This document shows positions 1-13,291 of a stretch of DNA of 41,099 nucleotides, piece by piece. A program made the position numbers and the translations under genes. The first letter of the stretch is position 1, and each line of letters begins with the position of its first letter. This DNA comes from Bigelowiella natans CCMP2755 (lineage: Eukaryota > Protista > Cercozoa), in NCBI GenBank assembly GCA_000320545.1, contig ADNK01003122.1, positions 1-41,099 on the forward strand. Direction: 5' to 3'. A model generated the notes under the pieces. The model was not told where the DNA came from. It saw nothing but the letters and a program-made list of their open reading frames with translations, and searched no databases.

Positions 1-115
1 CCGTTTCCTTCCTCTCTCTCTCCTCTCTCCCCCCCTCCCTCCTTTCTCACTCTCTTTGCTTTCTCTATCTTCAATACAATACACCATCTTTCATAAACAT
101 TTATTTCTTATTCAG

Positions 116-555
116 CTATAAGTCAGCTGGATGTTTGTTTTTTACACGCTACTCCAACCGCATTGAGGAGGATGATGATGGGAATGATGAAAACAAAGGG
201 AAAGAAAAAGGCCCCATATCAGATGACAACTGGTGAGTGCGTAAATGTCGGTCTATTGTTGTTTCTCTCCTCTGAACTTCTTCCATATGCTCTATTAGTG
301 ACGTCGATTAAACATATCAACAATAGCACGTCATCATGATCTCTACATCACTGCTGGTGGCACCTCATCATTATCACCAACATCGTGCTTTTCGTAGGTA
401 TTTTCTCTTGCACAGAGCGAAGAAAGGCCACTCAATCAAAGGGAGATTTTTATCAGCATTTCTCATCGATGCACCAGCTCATCGGTAATGATAATAAATA
501 GTAACGGTATAATAGCGCAAATATCTAAGAGACGGTGATGACATTGCCCTATGTG

Positions 556-592
<37 letters not shown>

Positions 593-1056
593 TTTTCGAA
601 AGAAAAAGAGTACAAAACCTATTTTCTATAATATCTTATAGGAATCGTCGTATAATTTCGTTGTCGGCGTGTTGTTATTGATACTCTGTGTGTGTTGTGT
701 GTGTGTGTGTGTGTGTGTGTGTGCATGGATATGTCTTTAGAAATACGTATAAACACGTTGTATGCTCTTCCTCTTTCTCTCTCCCTCTCTCCCTCTCTCT
801 CTTTTTCTTACTAGTAATAATAATGATAATACTAATACTACTTCTACTGCTACTACGGTACTAAATTGTAGCCCAAAGATTAAGAAGGCACGTCGCGCAA
901 CAGACTTTGATTCAGCTGTAAGTTACAGCAGCTGCAACCAAAATATGATGATTTTTTAAACAACAACAACAAGGAACAGCAAGCTCTCTTATGATGATTG
1001 ATAGTAGTAGTGTAAGGACATAATAAGGATGATCCTCGTGATAACGCACACTCATG

Positions 1057-1094
<38 letters not shown>

Positions 1095-1511
1095 TAGGAG
1101 TTGGCGTGTGAGGTCTACGAGAGCCATGAGATTGTGAGGAATCTTATTCACTTTGACGACGCCGCTCATAGAAGGGGTACTGGTGGTGGTGGAGGTGGAG
1201 ACCAGAAAACCACCTACGATAATGATGATGACAAAGATGTTAGCGGCTACAGAAGAGGACGAGACAACAATCACAACAACAGCAACGTTGATATCAATTG
1301 TGGAATGAAAAACGTCAAAACGAAAAAGGCTAAAGGAAAAAGAAGAAGTGGTGAGAATTCTACATCATCTACACCTGCTGCTTCTGCAAAGTTGCGCCAT
1401 TATAAGACACGGCTTGCCCAACACTTGCGCAGGTAGTTTGTTTGTGATAAAAACCAAAAGAAGAAGAAGAAGAAGAAGAGGGTAGATGATAGCACCCAAT
1501 AATCAACTTAG

Positions 1512-1543
<32 letters not shown>

Positions 1544-2059
1544 GTCATCATCCAAAATGTCATTATGATATGTAGTATATATGCGGGGGTGGTATTGATA
1601 GTGTTAGTAGCGGTAGCTGGTGAAACATTGTATAATAATCTATGTCCCAAAAATCCAAACGATGTTATTTTCCAACTACTACTACAACAACAATAACAAT
1701 AATAATAATAATATTAATAATAACAAGGTGTGATGATGGAGTTGGGTGTGTGTACGTGTGCCCTCCTACTACTACTGCTGCTGCTGCTGAGGATGATCCT
1801 ACCTATGATGATGAGAAACATCGTAACAAACGACAAGAAAAAGAAGATGATACTACTACTTCTGCTGCAACTACTAGCAACGATGATGATGATGATGATG
1901 CCGACCTTGGAAACAGTGTATACTTGTGCTATATTGACAATAAACTCCTACGTGCTAATAATGGCCATCATGGTGATGATAATCATCATCATCATTTCTC
2001 GGAACTACTTCAATCAACAACGACAAAAGAAGTAATGATAAGGGGGATTCTGAACGATG

Positions 2060-2095
<36 letters not shown>

Positions 2096-2394
2096 GGACA
2101 TTGAGTGTGTGTGTGTGTGTATGTGTGTGTGTGTGTGTGTATGTGTGTGTGTGTGTTGATATACTCAATTATAAGGCCTGTTCTCTTTCAACACTGATAT
2201 AGTCGCAATCCTGTTTGATAATCGTTTGTTAATTATTAATATTTGTCTTATCACGTCCGGTAGCTAACTGGGCTGGAGTGGGTGCGTGTAAGTAGCAGAA
2301 GCAACAGCAATCTGTGCAGTATGATTACTACCTCCTTGTCATCAGCGTCATCGTCATCACAGTAAGCATTGAATTCGTGTCTGTGGTGTGTGTA

Positions 2395-2439
<45 letters not shown>

Positions 2440-2504
2440 AAGAGAGAGAGAGAGATTATAGATAAAAAAGACTGAAAGGGTGGATCAAAATCTTATTTGG
2501 CTTA

Positions 2505-2538
<34 letters not shown>

Positions 2539-3249
2539 CACAAACACGGAAACAACTGTGTAATCCATCCGTTTTTTCCTTCTTCTTATATTATTATCAT
2601 CATCGCTACGCATTGCTGTTTATTAGTAGTGATCCTACAAAACGTCGAGTGTATATCAACGTGGAGGGCAATACTATTAAAAACAATGCTAATCATAAAA
2701 CAACCGGAAAAGAGAGAAGAAGACAAAAGAGTAGTCGCCGATGCGAAATAGATCCGGTAAGGATATCATATCAAATTAACAAGTATTAGTAGCAGTAGTA
2801 GGCACGCGTCGATGAGGAGGCGGAGTGTAATGATAGATATATTGAGATGATATATTTAGTAGAATTTTGCAAAAACAAAATAATATTTTTAAGCTCGTAA
2901 GACCAGCAGCACAGAAATACTCAAGATTTATTAATACTGTGCATGTCCTTTCTCTATACAGCAGAGTACTTCCCATTGCAACAAAGCAATAACTCGATAT
3001 TTAGAATTAAAAAATTACTGCTGCTAACAGCTACTACTACTATATCCAAAAACAGAGGATTGCATCGATCATAGCCTCCATGGAACAGGAGAGGGAGCTC
3101 CAGCCGGAAAAGCAGAAAGTCCTTGGTTTATTGAGGAAGATAGAGGCCTCTTCCTCCTCCTCCTCCTCCTCTCATACTTCTGGAGATAGCGGCTACGGAA
3201 GCATCGGCGCAGCATTGAAGAAGGCAGCTGTGCAAGGATGGTGTGTTAA

Positions 3250-3293
<44 letters not shown>

Positions 3294-3928
3294 AGTGATT
3301 ATCAGGATGCATCCTCAACATTGCTATCATTACCATCCTTAAGTTTTAACACTTTTACATAAAACGTAGATGTTTCATGCTTCTCTATATGTGTTTGATT
3401 CTATGACAAAATGCGTGCAGTTCCTGGGTAGGAGGCACTATTACTTGTGACGATGATGTCATTCGTTTTCATAACGACGACGATGACGTTACTAACGATG
3501 CCAATACTGTAAATGAGAAACGGAGGCAACAGGACGATAGATGGATCACTATTCGAAGCACGTTGATTGATCGTGACACCACAGAATCTCTCCATCAAAC
3601 TGGAAATTTAAAGGGAGGTTACAATAGGCTAAGTGATAGCGTAATAGAGCATCATGTCGGCATGAAGCAAGAAACACGCAGTAGTGGTAGCAGCAGTAGA
3701 GATAATGGCGAGACTCACATTGAAAGAGGACAAAGAAGAGGGAGGGCAGTGGCAAAGGCTATTCAAGCTAATGCTCTCCATCATCAATATTCTTTCGATA
3801 GTAAGCTAGATCGGGTATCAGGAGGTGCTATGATTGGCGGCTTTCACCATCAGCAGCAGCAGTGGCGTCAAAAGCGCAGCCCAAACTTCGGTAGAATAAT
3901 CTCAAGAACAACGGTATTTAAGAAATAA
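116..3928 (+). CDS. 3' part of a multi-exon gene of unknown function (low-complexity-rich; weak Nudix-like N-terminal resemblance)
   Basis: AG/GT-bounded exons join in frame: 116-232 (YKSAGCLFFTRYSNRIEE...W), ~399-484 (YFLLHRAKKGHSIKGRFLSAFLIDAPAHR), ~872-917 (PKIKKARRATDFDSA), ~1098-1432 (ELACEVYESHEIVRNLIHFDD...). Further candidate exons lie at ~3056-3240 and ~3.4-3.93 kb. The middle exons are unresolved and the start lies upstream of the window. Confidence 0.55.
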
Positions 3929-3949
3929 TCAGGGAGACGTTATCAGGGG

Positions 3950-5050
3950 GTGACTGCAAACATACATGTGATAATGTCTAGATGTTGCATCGCATCGCCA
4001 TATAGGAATGGTGGAGCCTGCGCAAGATTCAAAAATTGCTGCATGTGTAGCATGATGTGACGCGAAAATGACCAAATGATGCAGCTAATAATGAGAAGTT
4101 TTCAACAATCAATCCATGCTAGCATGTTTCATAGCTTTTATGATTGCACAAAAGCTGCGCTGATCAAGCCAGGCTAGCATGTCTTAGATGCATTATTGCA
4201 GATTAAATTGTTCATATCATTTTTGTTTCCCGCACGAATGCTGTGGAACGAAGCGTGCACATCGTATCTGGACATGCCTAGATGCTACTAGCTCTAGAGC
4301 TAGATAATCTAGCTAGCATGCACTAGTGTAAGCAGCATGCTAGCATGCCTAGATGCACTTACTTTGACTTGCTAGCTTGCCCCTGTCTAGCTGTGTAGCC
4401 TGTCGTCCCCATGCTGGCATGCAGCATGTGCGTGCATCTAGGTCTAGAGGTGCATGACCTGCGCTAGCAGCACGTACTGACGAACAAGCACTTCAGCTAG
4501 CTAGCTAGCACGGTGAAGCAATGCACATGTACGTGATGCACATTTAGACATCTAGATCGACATGTGCACATTGCGTGCTAGTGTAGTCTAACAAATGCTA
4601 GAATGTGCGACTCGGCCCCCGCTTGATCTCTAGATCTAGCTCTAGAGCTAGCTAGCTAACACAGCAACATGTGCTACATGCACTGCTAGACTAGGCTAGA
4701 AGGGGGGGCACTGGATCATCTGGGGCGCACGTCATGCGCACAGCGCGCACACTTAGACATGCGTAGCAGCACATGGCTTGTCTAGCTAGTCGAGCTGGCA
4801 TGCATGCGCTTTCTAGCTTTCTGCGCTGCCGTGTCATCTACATCACTAGATCTACCAGAGATGATGGACACAGCTCACACAGTGATGCACTAACAAATGC
4901 TAGAATGATGCACACGCGATGAATGTGCATGATGGTGGTGGTCGTGTTGATCACGTAGCATTGATGACGGTGGTGATGACAAGATGACGACAATGGTGAT
5001 GCATGAGCAGAATCAAGGTACGGTATCAGTACAAACGCATGCACACCACT
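3950..5050. other. Intergenic island 1: CTAG-rich and TpA-depleted
   Basis: About 30 CTAG in 4260-4860 by eye, against 2-3 expected. TGCA and CATG are abundant. Microsatellites are essentially absent and there is no credible ORF. Confidence 0.8.
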
Positions 5051-5509
5051 TTTGCGTCATTTATTCGTTGTCATCCATCGATCACCACCAAGACTAGAAG
5101 ACACTAGAAGACTAGAAGATGATGGCGTTTGTTCCATTTTGTGGAATTCTGAGGGGAGTGCTGAGTGTTTTAATCATTACTATTATCATCATTATTATTA
5201 CCTCTATCAAATAATTACATGATGCTACTGCGAGCCACACAGTTCTAATGATTTGTTCTTTATTGTACGATGCTACTACGCAAGCCGAATGGAAAAATTG
5301 CTTTCAAATATTTATATTTAGAGTCACTCGACGATCACGATCTCAATCCACAACCATAGCGCCAAGCACATTACCACTGACATGCTCGTGCCACGAAATC
5401 ATATTTCACATTGTACAGGACGCATGTCGCAGATTCATGTATGACTGAGTACATCTCACTTTTCTGACACATTATTATAACCGAATGAATTATAGCTAAC
5501 GCAGAAGTA

Positions 5510-7077
5510 TTAATCTATCTTTGATATCTTTTCCCGAGAAAGGGCTTGATTATCCTTCTTGAGCTTATTCTTATGTTGTTGTTTATAATCAAATTTGCAA
5601 TTGTGAGCGTCTGGGAAACGGTGTTTATCGCAAAAGGTGAACATACAGCGACATTCGAAACCAAGAATTCCAACTTTCCTGTTGCAGAAAAAACAACGAT
5701 TTTTATTTTGTTGCTTCTTTCTTTTGGAACCTTTCCTCAACATATAGGCAGCATGAATCTTTAGTCTTGCCCTATTAAACTTCATCTTCCATTCTCCAGC
5801 ACCACCTACTACTTTGTTTGAATCAGTGTTGGATTTTGTCCCAGAAAGCTGGTAAGCTTTCTTAAAGCATATAGAGCACATTCCCTCCGTGTCTGTTGAT
5901 CCATAGAATCCGCACTTACACATGACTCTTTTGTTCTCAGGAGGTGGAGTTTCTTTCTTGTCTGCAAGGCCAACAATTATCTCCTGCTCCAAAAGATTCC
6001 TGGTAGTTTCAAGTTCTACCGGCTGAATGTCGCCCAATTCATACCAATATTCCACCTTCTTTCCATTCGATTTTTTTTTCTTTTCAAATCCGATTCTTTT
6101 TACCAAGATTTCTCCGCCTGTAGGACTAATGATGAATTTTTTGGCTATGAAGCCGTTGCACCTTATACGTCTCGCCCGGGAATCCCCTTTTGCTATTTTT
6201 TTCAATATTCCTTGAATTGCTTTCAACATTTTTCTATATAAATCACGACTATTACTTTTCTTAGCCTCGGAAAGAGCGACACGTATTTTCGAGGCAAAAT
6301 TGTCGCCAGCCGCTTCAACGTATCCCGCAACTTCACTCGATTTTGGCGAAGTTGTACTGTCAAAGGCAACGGTGACTAGGTTGCTCAGAGAAGGGGTCTT
6401 TTCTGTAGAGGAAGAGGCTTGCGCACTTCCAGGCAGCTTCGAAATCATGGAAATAACTCTATTAATATCTATACGAATCCTTGCGTTAGGATGCAGAAGA
6501 AACTTCTGCGGGTCTGACAGACCAACCTTAAGCCAACCAATGGCCTCCAACACCTCGCAAACACCTTTATTGGCATCCTCCTTCACAATATCTGGTCTGT
6601 CTCTGACGTCCAATTCCAAACTGATGAAAAATAGGAAAAATACATGGACAAATTAGTTCACTTTCCAGAACATATTACTCTTATCTAGGCACAAGCAGTT
6701 TCCATCGGTCGATAAGTCAGGTCCAAGGAGAAAGGAATATGGATGTGGAGATGGATGAGGAGGGTGCATATAGCTTTCTTGGGGATACCCACGAACCTTC
6801 GGCGGCCGTTCTGACGAAGAAGTGTAGCAGCTTTTCGTAAGATCTGGAGTAGCACTGAAGCCGCTCCTGCTTGGAGGGTGGACAGGTTTTTTGAACTTAG
6901 AACATTCCTCTTGATCTGATCCTTGATCCCTTTCGTTTGCTTGCCGTTCACTCCAGCCGAACAATTTAACCGAAGCGCCTTGGAGGGCCTTTGAAGCTCA
7001 CCTTCCTTCGTAGGTAGTGGCGAGGAAGAGCTTTCTCTGGATCTTTTCTTCTTATTATTATTGTTGGTGGTTTCCAT
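5510..7077 (-). CDS. A20/AN1 zinc-finger (ZFAND/stress-associated-protein type) protein with two PUB-like domains, ~463 aa
   Basis: Exons 7077-6797 and 6620-5510, with intron 6796-6621 (GTTCGT...CATCAG), join in frame. A20 motif CKCGFYGSTDTEGMCSICFK. AN1 motif RCFFCNRKVGILGFECRCMFTFCDKHRFPDAHNCKFDYK. PUB-like segments ILKKIAKGDSRARRIR...GGEILVKRIGF and ILRKAA...GVCEVLEAIGW. Confidence 0.9.
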
Positions 7078-7497
7078 CGATAATGAAGCGGGGGATCTCC
7101 GTTCGTCTTCCTCTTCTTAGTCCCTACCCTCTTCCCTATCCACTTCGTCCCAGCTGTCTTTCCTCCTCCCTATCTTGGCAGTGAATCACGAATGCGGGAC
7201 AGCGAATGACAGTTTGCTTTCACAAAATCAGCCCCAAAATTTGTCCTCGTGAAATTATTCTACTCCTGTTTATTCAAAAAATCGAGAACTGATATATGTC
7301 TTTACAAAATATCCTTCGCATGTGGGAAATCACTTTGACTCTTTTTTCTTAGTTTTGATTCTGGGTGTGAACAAAAAGAAATTCGGTAATGAAAGTCAAA
7401 AGCGACGACGAAATTTTCATGACGCTCACCCCAAACTACAAGAGTGTTGTTACCTCATTTTCACACATGGAAAGTTATTTAGATTCTATATCATATT

Positions 7498-7731
7498 TTA
7501 TTGACATTTCTTCTTCATTTTCTGTAAAATCAAAGGTGTGTCACATAACATTATGGTAATATTACCTGAAATTTGAAGCCATCTTCGTTGATACGTCTAC
7601 AACTTCATCTGAAACTCGAGCTCGGATGCGATGCGTACTCACATCACTGCTACGAGGTAGGATCCTACACATGAACCACAAGCAACAGCAGCAAACACAA
7701 AGAACACTTTCGCGATGAGAGACATTCGCAT
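7498..7731 (-). CDS. Candidate 47-aa spliced single-pass or secreted microprotein
   Basis: Exons 7731-7643, 7596-7566 and 7521-7498, with 46-nt (GTGAGT..TAG) and 44-nt (GTAATA..CAG) introns, give MRMSLIAKVFFVFAAVACGSCVGSYLVAVIRINEDGFKFQKMKKKCQ*. No homologue recognised. Confidence 0.3.
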
Positions 7732-8242
7732 TGACGATGGGTCATAACATCGAAATTTCCTGGATTTCCATGGATTTGTACCAACCAAACTGAATCCAAC
7801 TGAATCAACAACTACATGCGGTTCATTGAGAGCCGATTTATTTTTGTTGTTGGTTGTTGGTCGCAGGTTCTATTTGTCGTAAGTAAGAACACCTTTCGGA
7901 AGTTATTATACAATGCAAATATATCTTACGACACAGGATATTATCTGTCGCCATTCAAGTAGAGATCTCCTCGCTGGAAAAATCTGTTAGTGTAAACCCG
8001 GACGGAACTTAGGGATGACATGTTTTAGTTGATTTGCATTGGATCGTTACTTGACGCTTTAAGTGAACGGTCTGCGTTTAGTTTTCCAGATTCGATTCCT
8101 TTCCTCCCCCTTCGATGCCCCGTGTCAAACAAAGACCCATTCGGAACGCCGCATTCTATCGTGCACAGGTACTTGACAAAAAATCTTTGCTTTTGCATTC
8201 GAAACAGTAAGTCTATCGTGATGGAGGGGCAAAGACGAACAA

Positions 8243-10195
8243 ATGGTAAGTCATATTGAAACCCTGTTCCGTACTACTTGTCAGGCGGAGGAGAAGGAAA
8301 ATGAGGCCAATTGCTTCTTGGACGAATTTCTCACGAACATGGGCCAAGTGGAAAGAGAGTAAATAACCATTTGTTCTTTTTGATGTAAGTGTTCCATCTT
8401 AGCACAACTCATTTAAATGCCTCTTTCGTAGAACCCTACTCCAACAAATGCGCCAGGAACACAGCGGAAGTAAGGATGGTGCAGACGAGAAAGTGCCAAG
8501 TATCACCTCCTCGCTGGGAATGGGAATAGCTTCTGGCAGGAATAAAGCTTCTGTTGAAAACATGTCAGAGCCCATAGTAAAGGAGATCATAGATGACGGT
8601 GGAAAAAGCACAGAAATTCCGAGACGGAAGAGACGGTACAATAGACAGTTCTCAAATGTCCATTCATTACAGTGATGGGATCTTGAAGGTGTTTATGATA
8701 TAATATCATTTGTTAGACGGCTTATATCTGTTGGATCTATGAAGAAACGCTCTAAAAGGGGCAGGAGGATAGAAAGGAAGACATCCTCGATTCGCATTAG
8801 AGCAATTGATGAAAATATGATGTCCTTTGAAGTCGGATCCCTTAGACTGAGCTTGCCTGGCACCACAAAATATGAAAGCCATTACGATAACAATTGTGGT
8901 GGTGCAGCGAGATTTATTTCTTCATGGACTGTTGATAGGGTGGAAAAATTAAAAGGAACGCTATCCTTTCAAGCATCGACGGTCTTATCATTACCTTCTA
9001 ATAAAAAGGATAGAGTGAACGAGTCGAATACATTCAATATGGAAGAAGACTTATCCAAGGAAGATACAATAAATAATAAGTTGGTCCCTTTTCTTATTCT
9101 TTCCCAGCATCAGTCATCATCGTCATCCGTTCCTGCCACTATCCACAACAATACAGAATTGCAGGTCCTCTCCGAGGCGATTCAACATTTGGTAGCTGCA
9201 GGAAAGATTTATTGTTTTCTTGAAATGGAAAGTAGTATCGACCAGAGAAGTAGCACTACCACTCCCAACCAAAACTGTGACAACCATCTTATTGCTTTTG
9301 TACGGATCTGTATCACGGAGGCCATGATCACATCTACGACTAGACATCTAAATACGGAGCTATTTGAAAGACCCTTTCATCGACATATGCGTATTCTCTT
9401 GACAATTTTATCGACACCGAGGCATTTGAAAACTAGAGGGGAAACAGTGCGACCAGAGAAACAGAAGAAAATGAAGGAAGAAAGGGAAAAGGGTGGTATG
9501 TGCTCCAAAAAGATGATAACGGCATCATCATTTGAGGACACAGAAGCAGGGAATGATAAACAGAACAGTAGAAGCAGAAACCAGGAAAGCAGGAATAAAA
9601 ATCTAGGAGATAAGGCGTCTAAGGGTATGATCGGTCTGGCCTTTGCGGCCTTGTCAAAATACCGAAAAGAGGGGTGGGAAAGGGGAAATGCTTCACGGTT
9701 GTCAACCTCTTTGCAAGAACATAATCAGCACCCTGACATGATCCCCACACTTCGACAGTACCAGCTTCGAGCTTCCACCTGGATGCTCGATAGAGAAATG
9801 CTGTCCGCATCGCCGTCTTATCACGATGATAGTAAGGAAAATGGCGGGAGTCAGGATAATGATGGGGTCAGCAGTTGCAGCCTCTGGGAAAGAGTTATTG
9901 CATTGAGGGTGTGGAAAGGGGCAGCACTAGAGTGCAAGGAAGAAGACAAATCAGAAGATAAGGATCATGATAAAGCAAGCTATACTGTAAAGCCTACAGT
10001 GGATATGTTTTGGAACCGCTGCACAGGTCACATTGTCCGTGGATTACCACCTCAATACGTTCAAGTGCAAGGAGGTAAGATAGAATGAGAAGAAGAAAAA
10101 CAAAGTAATTCTTTTGTAGAAATTAATAGTAGAATATATCGACAAGATGGGAGTACGTGAAGACAAATTTAAAAAAAACAAGAACACATGCACAT

Positions 10196-10237
<42 letters not shown>

Positions 10238-11754
10238 CATGCAAGCGCGTAGTAAAATTGGCGTATCACCTGTGATAGTTTAATATTAACATTCTCCCCC
10301 TTAATCTTTTTCACATCGTAGGTATCCTGGCTGAGGAGATGGGCCTGGGCAAGACTGTGGAGACCTTGCACTTGATATGCTCTCACCGTCGCCCACTAAT
10401 TCAGCTTGAAGGAGCATCCCTGGAAGGAGTCAGTCGCTTTTGTCGCACTCGTAGTAGCAATAGCGTGAAGTTGGAAGAAGAGACACGTAGAAGTGGAACC
10501 GTTGCCACAGGAAAATATAAACCACCACAAATACAACCTAAACCAACAAAGAAGCGACGAACAAGCGGCCGACACCGTCAACCAAGCGCAAAAGCGGCAG
10601 CGGCGGCAGCAGCAGCAGAGGAAGCAGCGAAGGTAGAGGGGGGAGGGGGAGAGCAGCAGGGGGAGGATCCAGCAAGCACAACAGCAACGGCACCGACGGC
10701 AGGTAAGGACATACATGACAAATACTCTAAACCTGTGAAAGTGGCGGAATTGTCGTCATTTGAAGAAGATGAGGTCGAGGACCAGTCACCGCCAGTAGAT
10801 ATGATGGAACAACAACAAAAACCTAGCAGCGTTGGTGGCGATAACAAGGATAAAGAAATCATGGGTGTGACGATGAGGGACAACGAGGACCCCGCATGCT
10901 GCGTATGTGAGCGTTTGTATTCTCAAACTCGGAGGGGAGAGACATGGGTGTGTTGCGATTATTGCGAAAGCTGGCATCATGCCAAGTGTGTTCTCTATGG
11001 AGGGCAACGACTTCGAGGAAAAGAACAAATGTACTCCTCTAAGCCCAGGGATGACATCGGAAAAAATGGAGGAGGAGGAGGAGGAGGAAATGATGGTGAC
11101 AATGAGACCTTTTGCTGTCCCTTCTGCTGGCGTCAGCGCTGCGAGAAGAAGCCATATCGAGCCAAGACAACGCTGATCATCTCCCCTGCTGCCATTGTAG
11201 GTCAGTGGGCAACAGAAATCAAGCGACATAGCAAACCAGGTGCTCTCTCAGTTTGCCATTATGAGGGGCTTAAAGGCTCCAAGGCCGTGTATATCTCCCC
11301 GGAAACTCTAGCTTCTTATGATATTATCTTGACAACATACTCCGTGCTTCGTTCCGAGATCTATCGGGCTCAAGGTTCCGCAAATGAGCGTGCTGGGTTC
11401 CGGTATAAGAGGCGACGTCGTGCATCGCCATCGCCTCTTATGGACCTTGAGTGGTGGAGAGTGGTACTAATTATTTTTCGAAGACCTCATATATTAGTGG
11501 TGGCGGTGACGTTGGTGGGGATGATGACGAAAATGATGGATGACGAAAATGATGAATATCTTTTGAGAGTTCTGCATTTTGCTCACCTTGTATCGTGGAG
11601 TGAAGAGCAATCAAAATTAGCAATCCTATGGTCTTTCTTCCCCTCCCCCCCATATTCTTCTTCATAGCTCTCATCATCATATGCTGTTAAAATTGTCTTG
11701 GCAGGCCGTTGTGTGTAGTTCATATTGTCGTTTTTTCGGCATCCTCTCACTTTG

Positions 11755-11793
<39 letters not shown>

Positions 11794-13259
11794 AAGGTTA
11801 TAGACGAAGCTCAAATGGCTGAGTCCTCAACTGCCAACGCTGCAAAGATGTGCCGCAAGCTGCGCACTGTCTACCGATGGGCAGTAACAGGAACACCAGT
11901 AAACCGTACTATCAATGACCTCTGGGGCCTCCTCATCTTTCTTCAAGCTAATCCGTAATAAGAATAGCCAAAAGATCATCATCATATACTATCTCTTATT
12001 ACAGTCTGCATCATTTACAACGTAAGAATAACTAAGAGATCTCATTATTATTATTTAGGTACGCTGACAAACGGCTCTGGCAACGAGACATCCTGGAACC
12101 GTTAGCCGGGAAGGGAATAGGTCCCCTCCCATCTTCTTTCTCTAAAGCTGAGCTACAGGGAGCAGCCTTGCAGCGACTTGGAGAAGGACTTGGTTCCATC
12201 TTTTGGCGAACAACAAAAGAGGAGGTTGTGGACCAATTAGACATCCCGCCTCAGAAAGAAGAGCTTGTAAGGGTTGTTTTCTCAGATATTGAGGCATATA
12301 ATTATGAACGACTCGAGAATGAGTGTCAGTTAAAGGCAAGAGGGGTGCTACGGCGTTTTGGGCACAACATTCCTCCCCCCGTTAACAGTGGTGGTGGACA
12401 TCGCTTAGGGGGAAGAGCAGGGAATGAAAAGAAAGGGGAGATTGTTCCTAATGATGATGATGATGATGATGATGGTGAAGTAAAGGCAGCGACTGAGATC
12501 AGGAGAACTAAGAAGAGTGATGGGAACCTAAAACCTTCCAATGAATCGTCGATACTTGAGAAGGAAGCTGCAGCTGCAGTCCTCTCGTCCTTACTTGCTT
12601 TACGTCAGGCATGCTGCCATCCAATGCTTGGGCGTGCGGCCAATAGGGCGTTTGCAAGGTCAAGTGAGAGCCTTCTTTCCCTGCTTAGGCGAAGACAAAC
12701 TACGATGCCAGCTTTCCTCGCCCAACTTATTGGTCGAGAGGAGATAGAATGCACTAAGCTAGTGCGAGAGCAAGTTGTAGCACTTAATGGCCTTGCAGGA
12801 GTTGCACTGCTACAAAAAGAACCATGGACAGCTGCAGAGCTATACGGAGAGGTCCTTGAATTGGCGCATACGAAGACTCTTTGGACGACTTCATCATCAT
12901 CTTCTTCTTCTTCCTCACCACGCTTTGGTGGTAATGATGATATTGGTGGCAACGCAACCACCAATAATAGTAATAATGGGGATAATAACATAACGATTAG
13001 AGGAGAAACTAACGGCGCCGTTGGTGGCATATCAATGGTCGACAAAACTCTTCAATTGCATGCAGCTCATCATCTCCGCCAAATTCTGGAGAAGATGAGT
13101 AATGTGCCTCTTCCACAGTCACTTTGCCGCGGTCGTACTGCGAAGGCACTCATGCCCCCGAAAGGATACAGATATAGTCCTGAAGAAAAAAAGACGAAGC
13201 GAGGAAGAAGAAGAGGATCGGGCTGTAGTAGTATCAAGACTGGTGCTATTCCTTCTTCT

Positions 13260-13291
<32 letters not shown>

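Noticed and set aside
116-1140. Nudix hydrolase assignment for gene 1
   Set aside because: SAGCLFF..YFLLHR is suggestive but there is no proper GX5EX7REUXEEXGU box.
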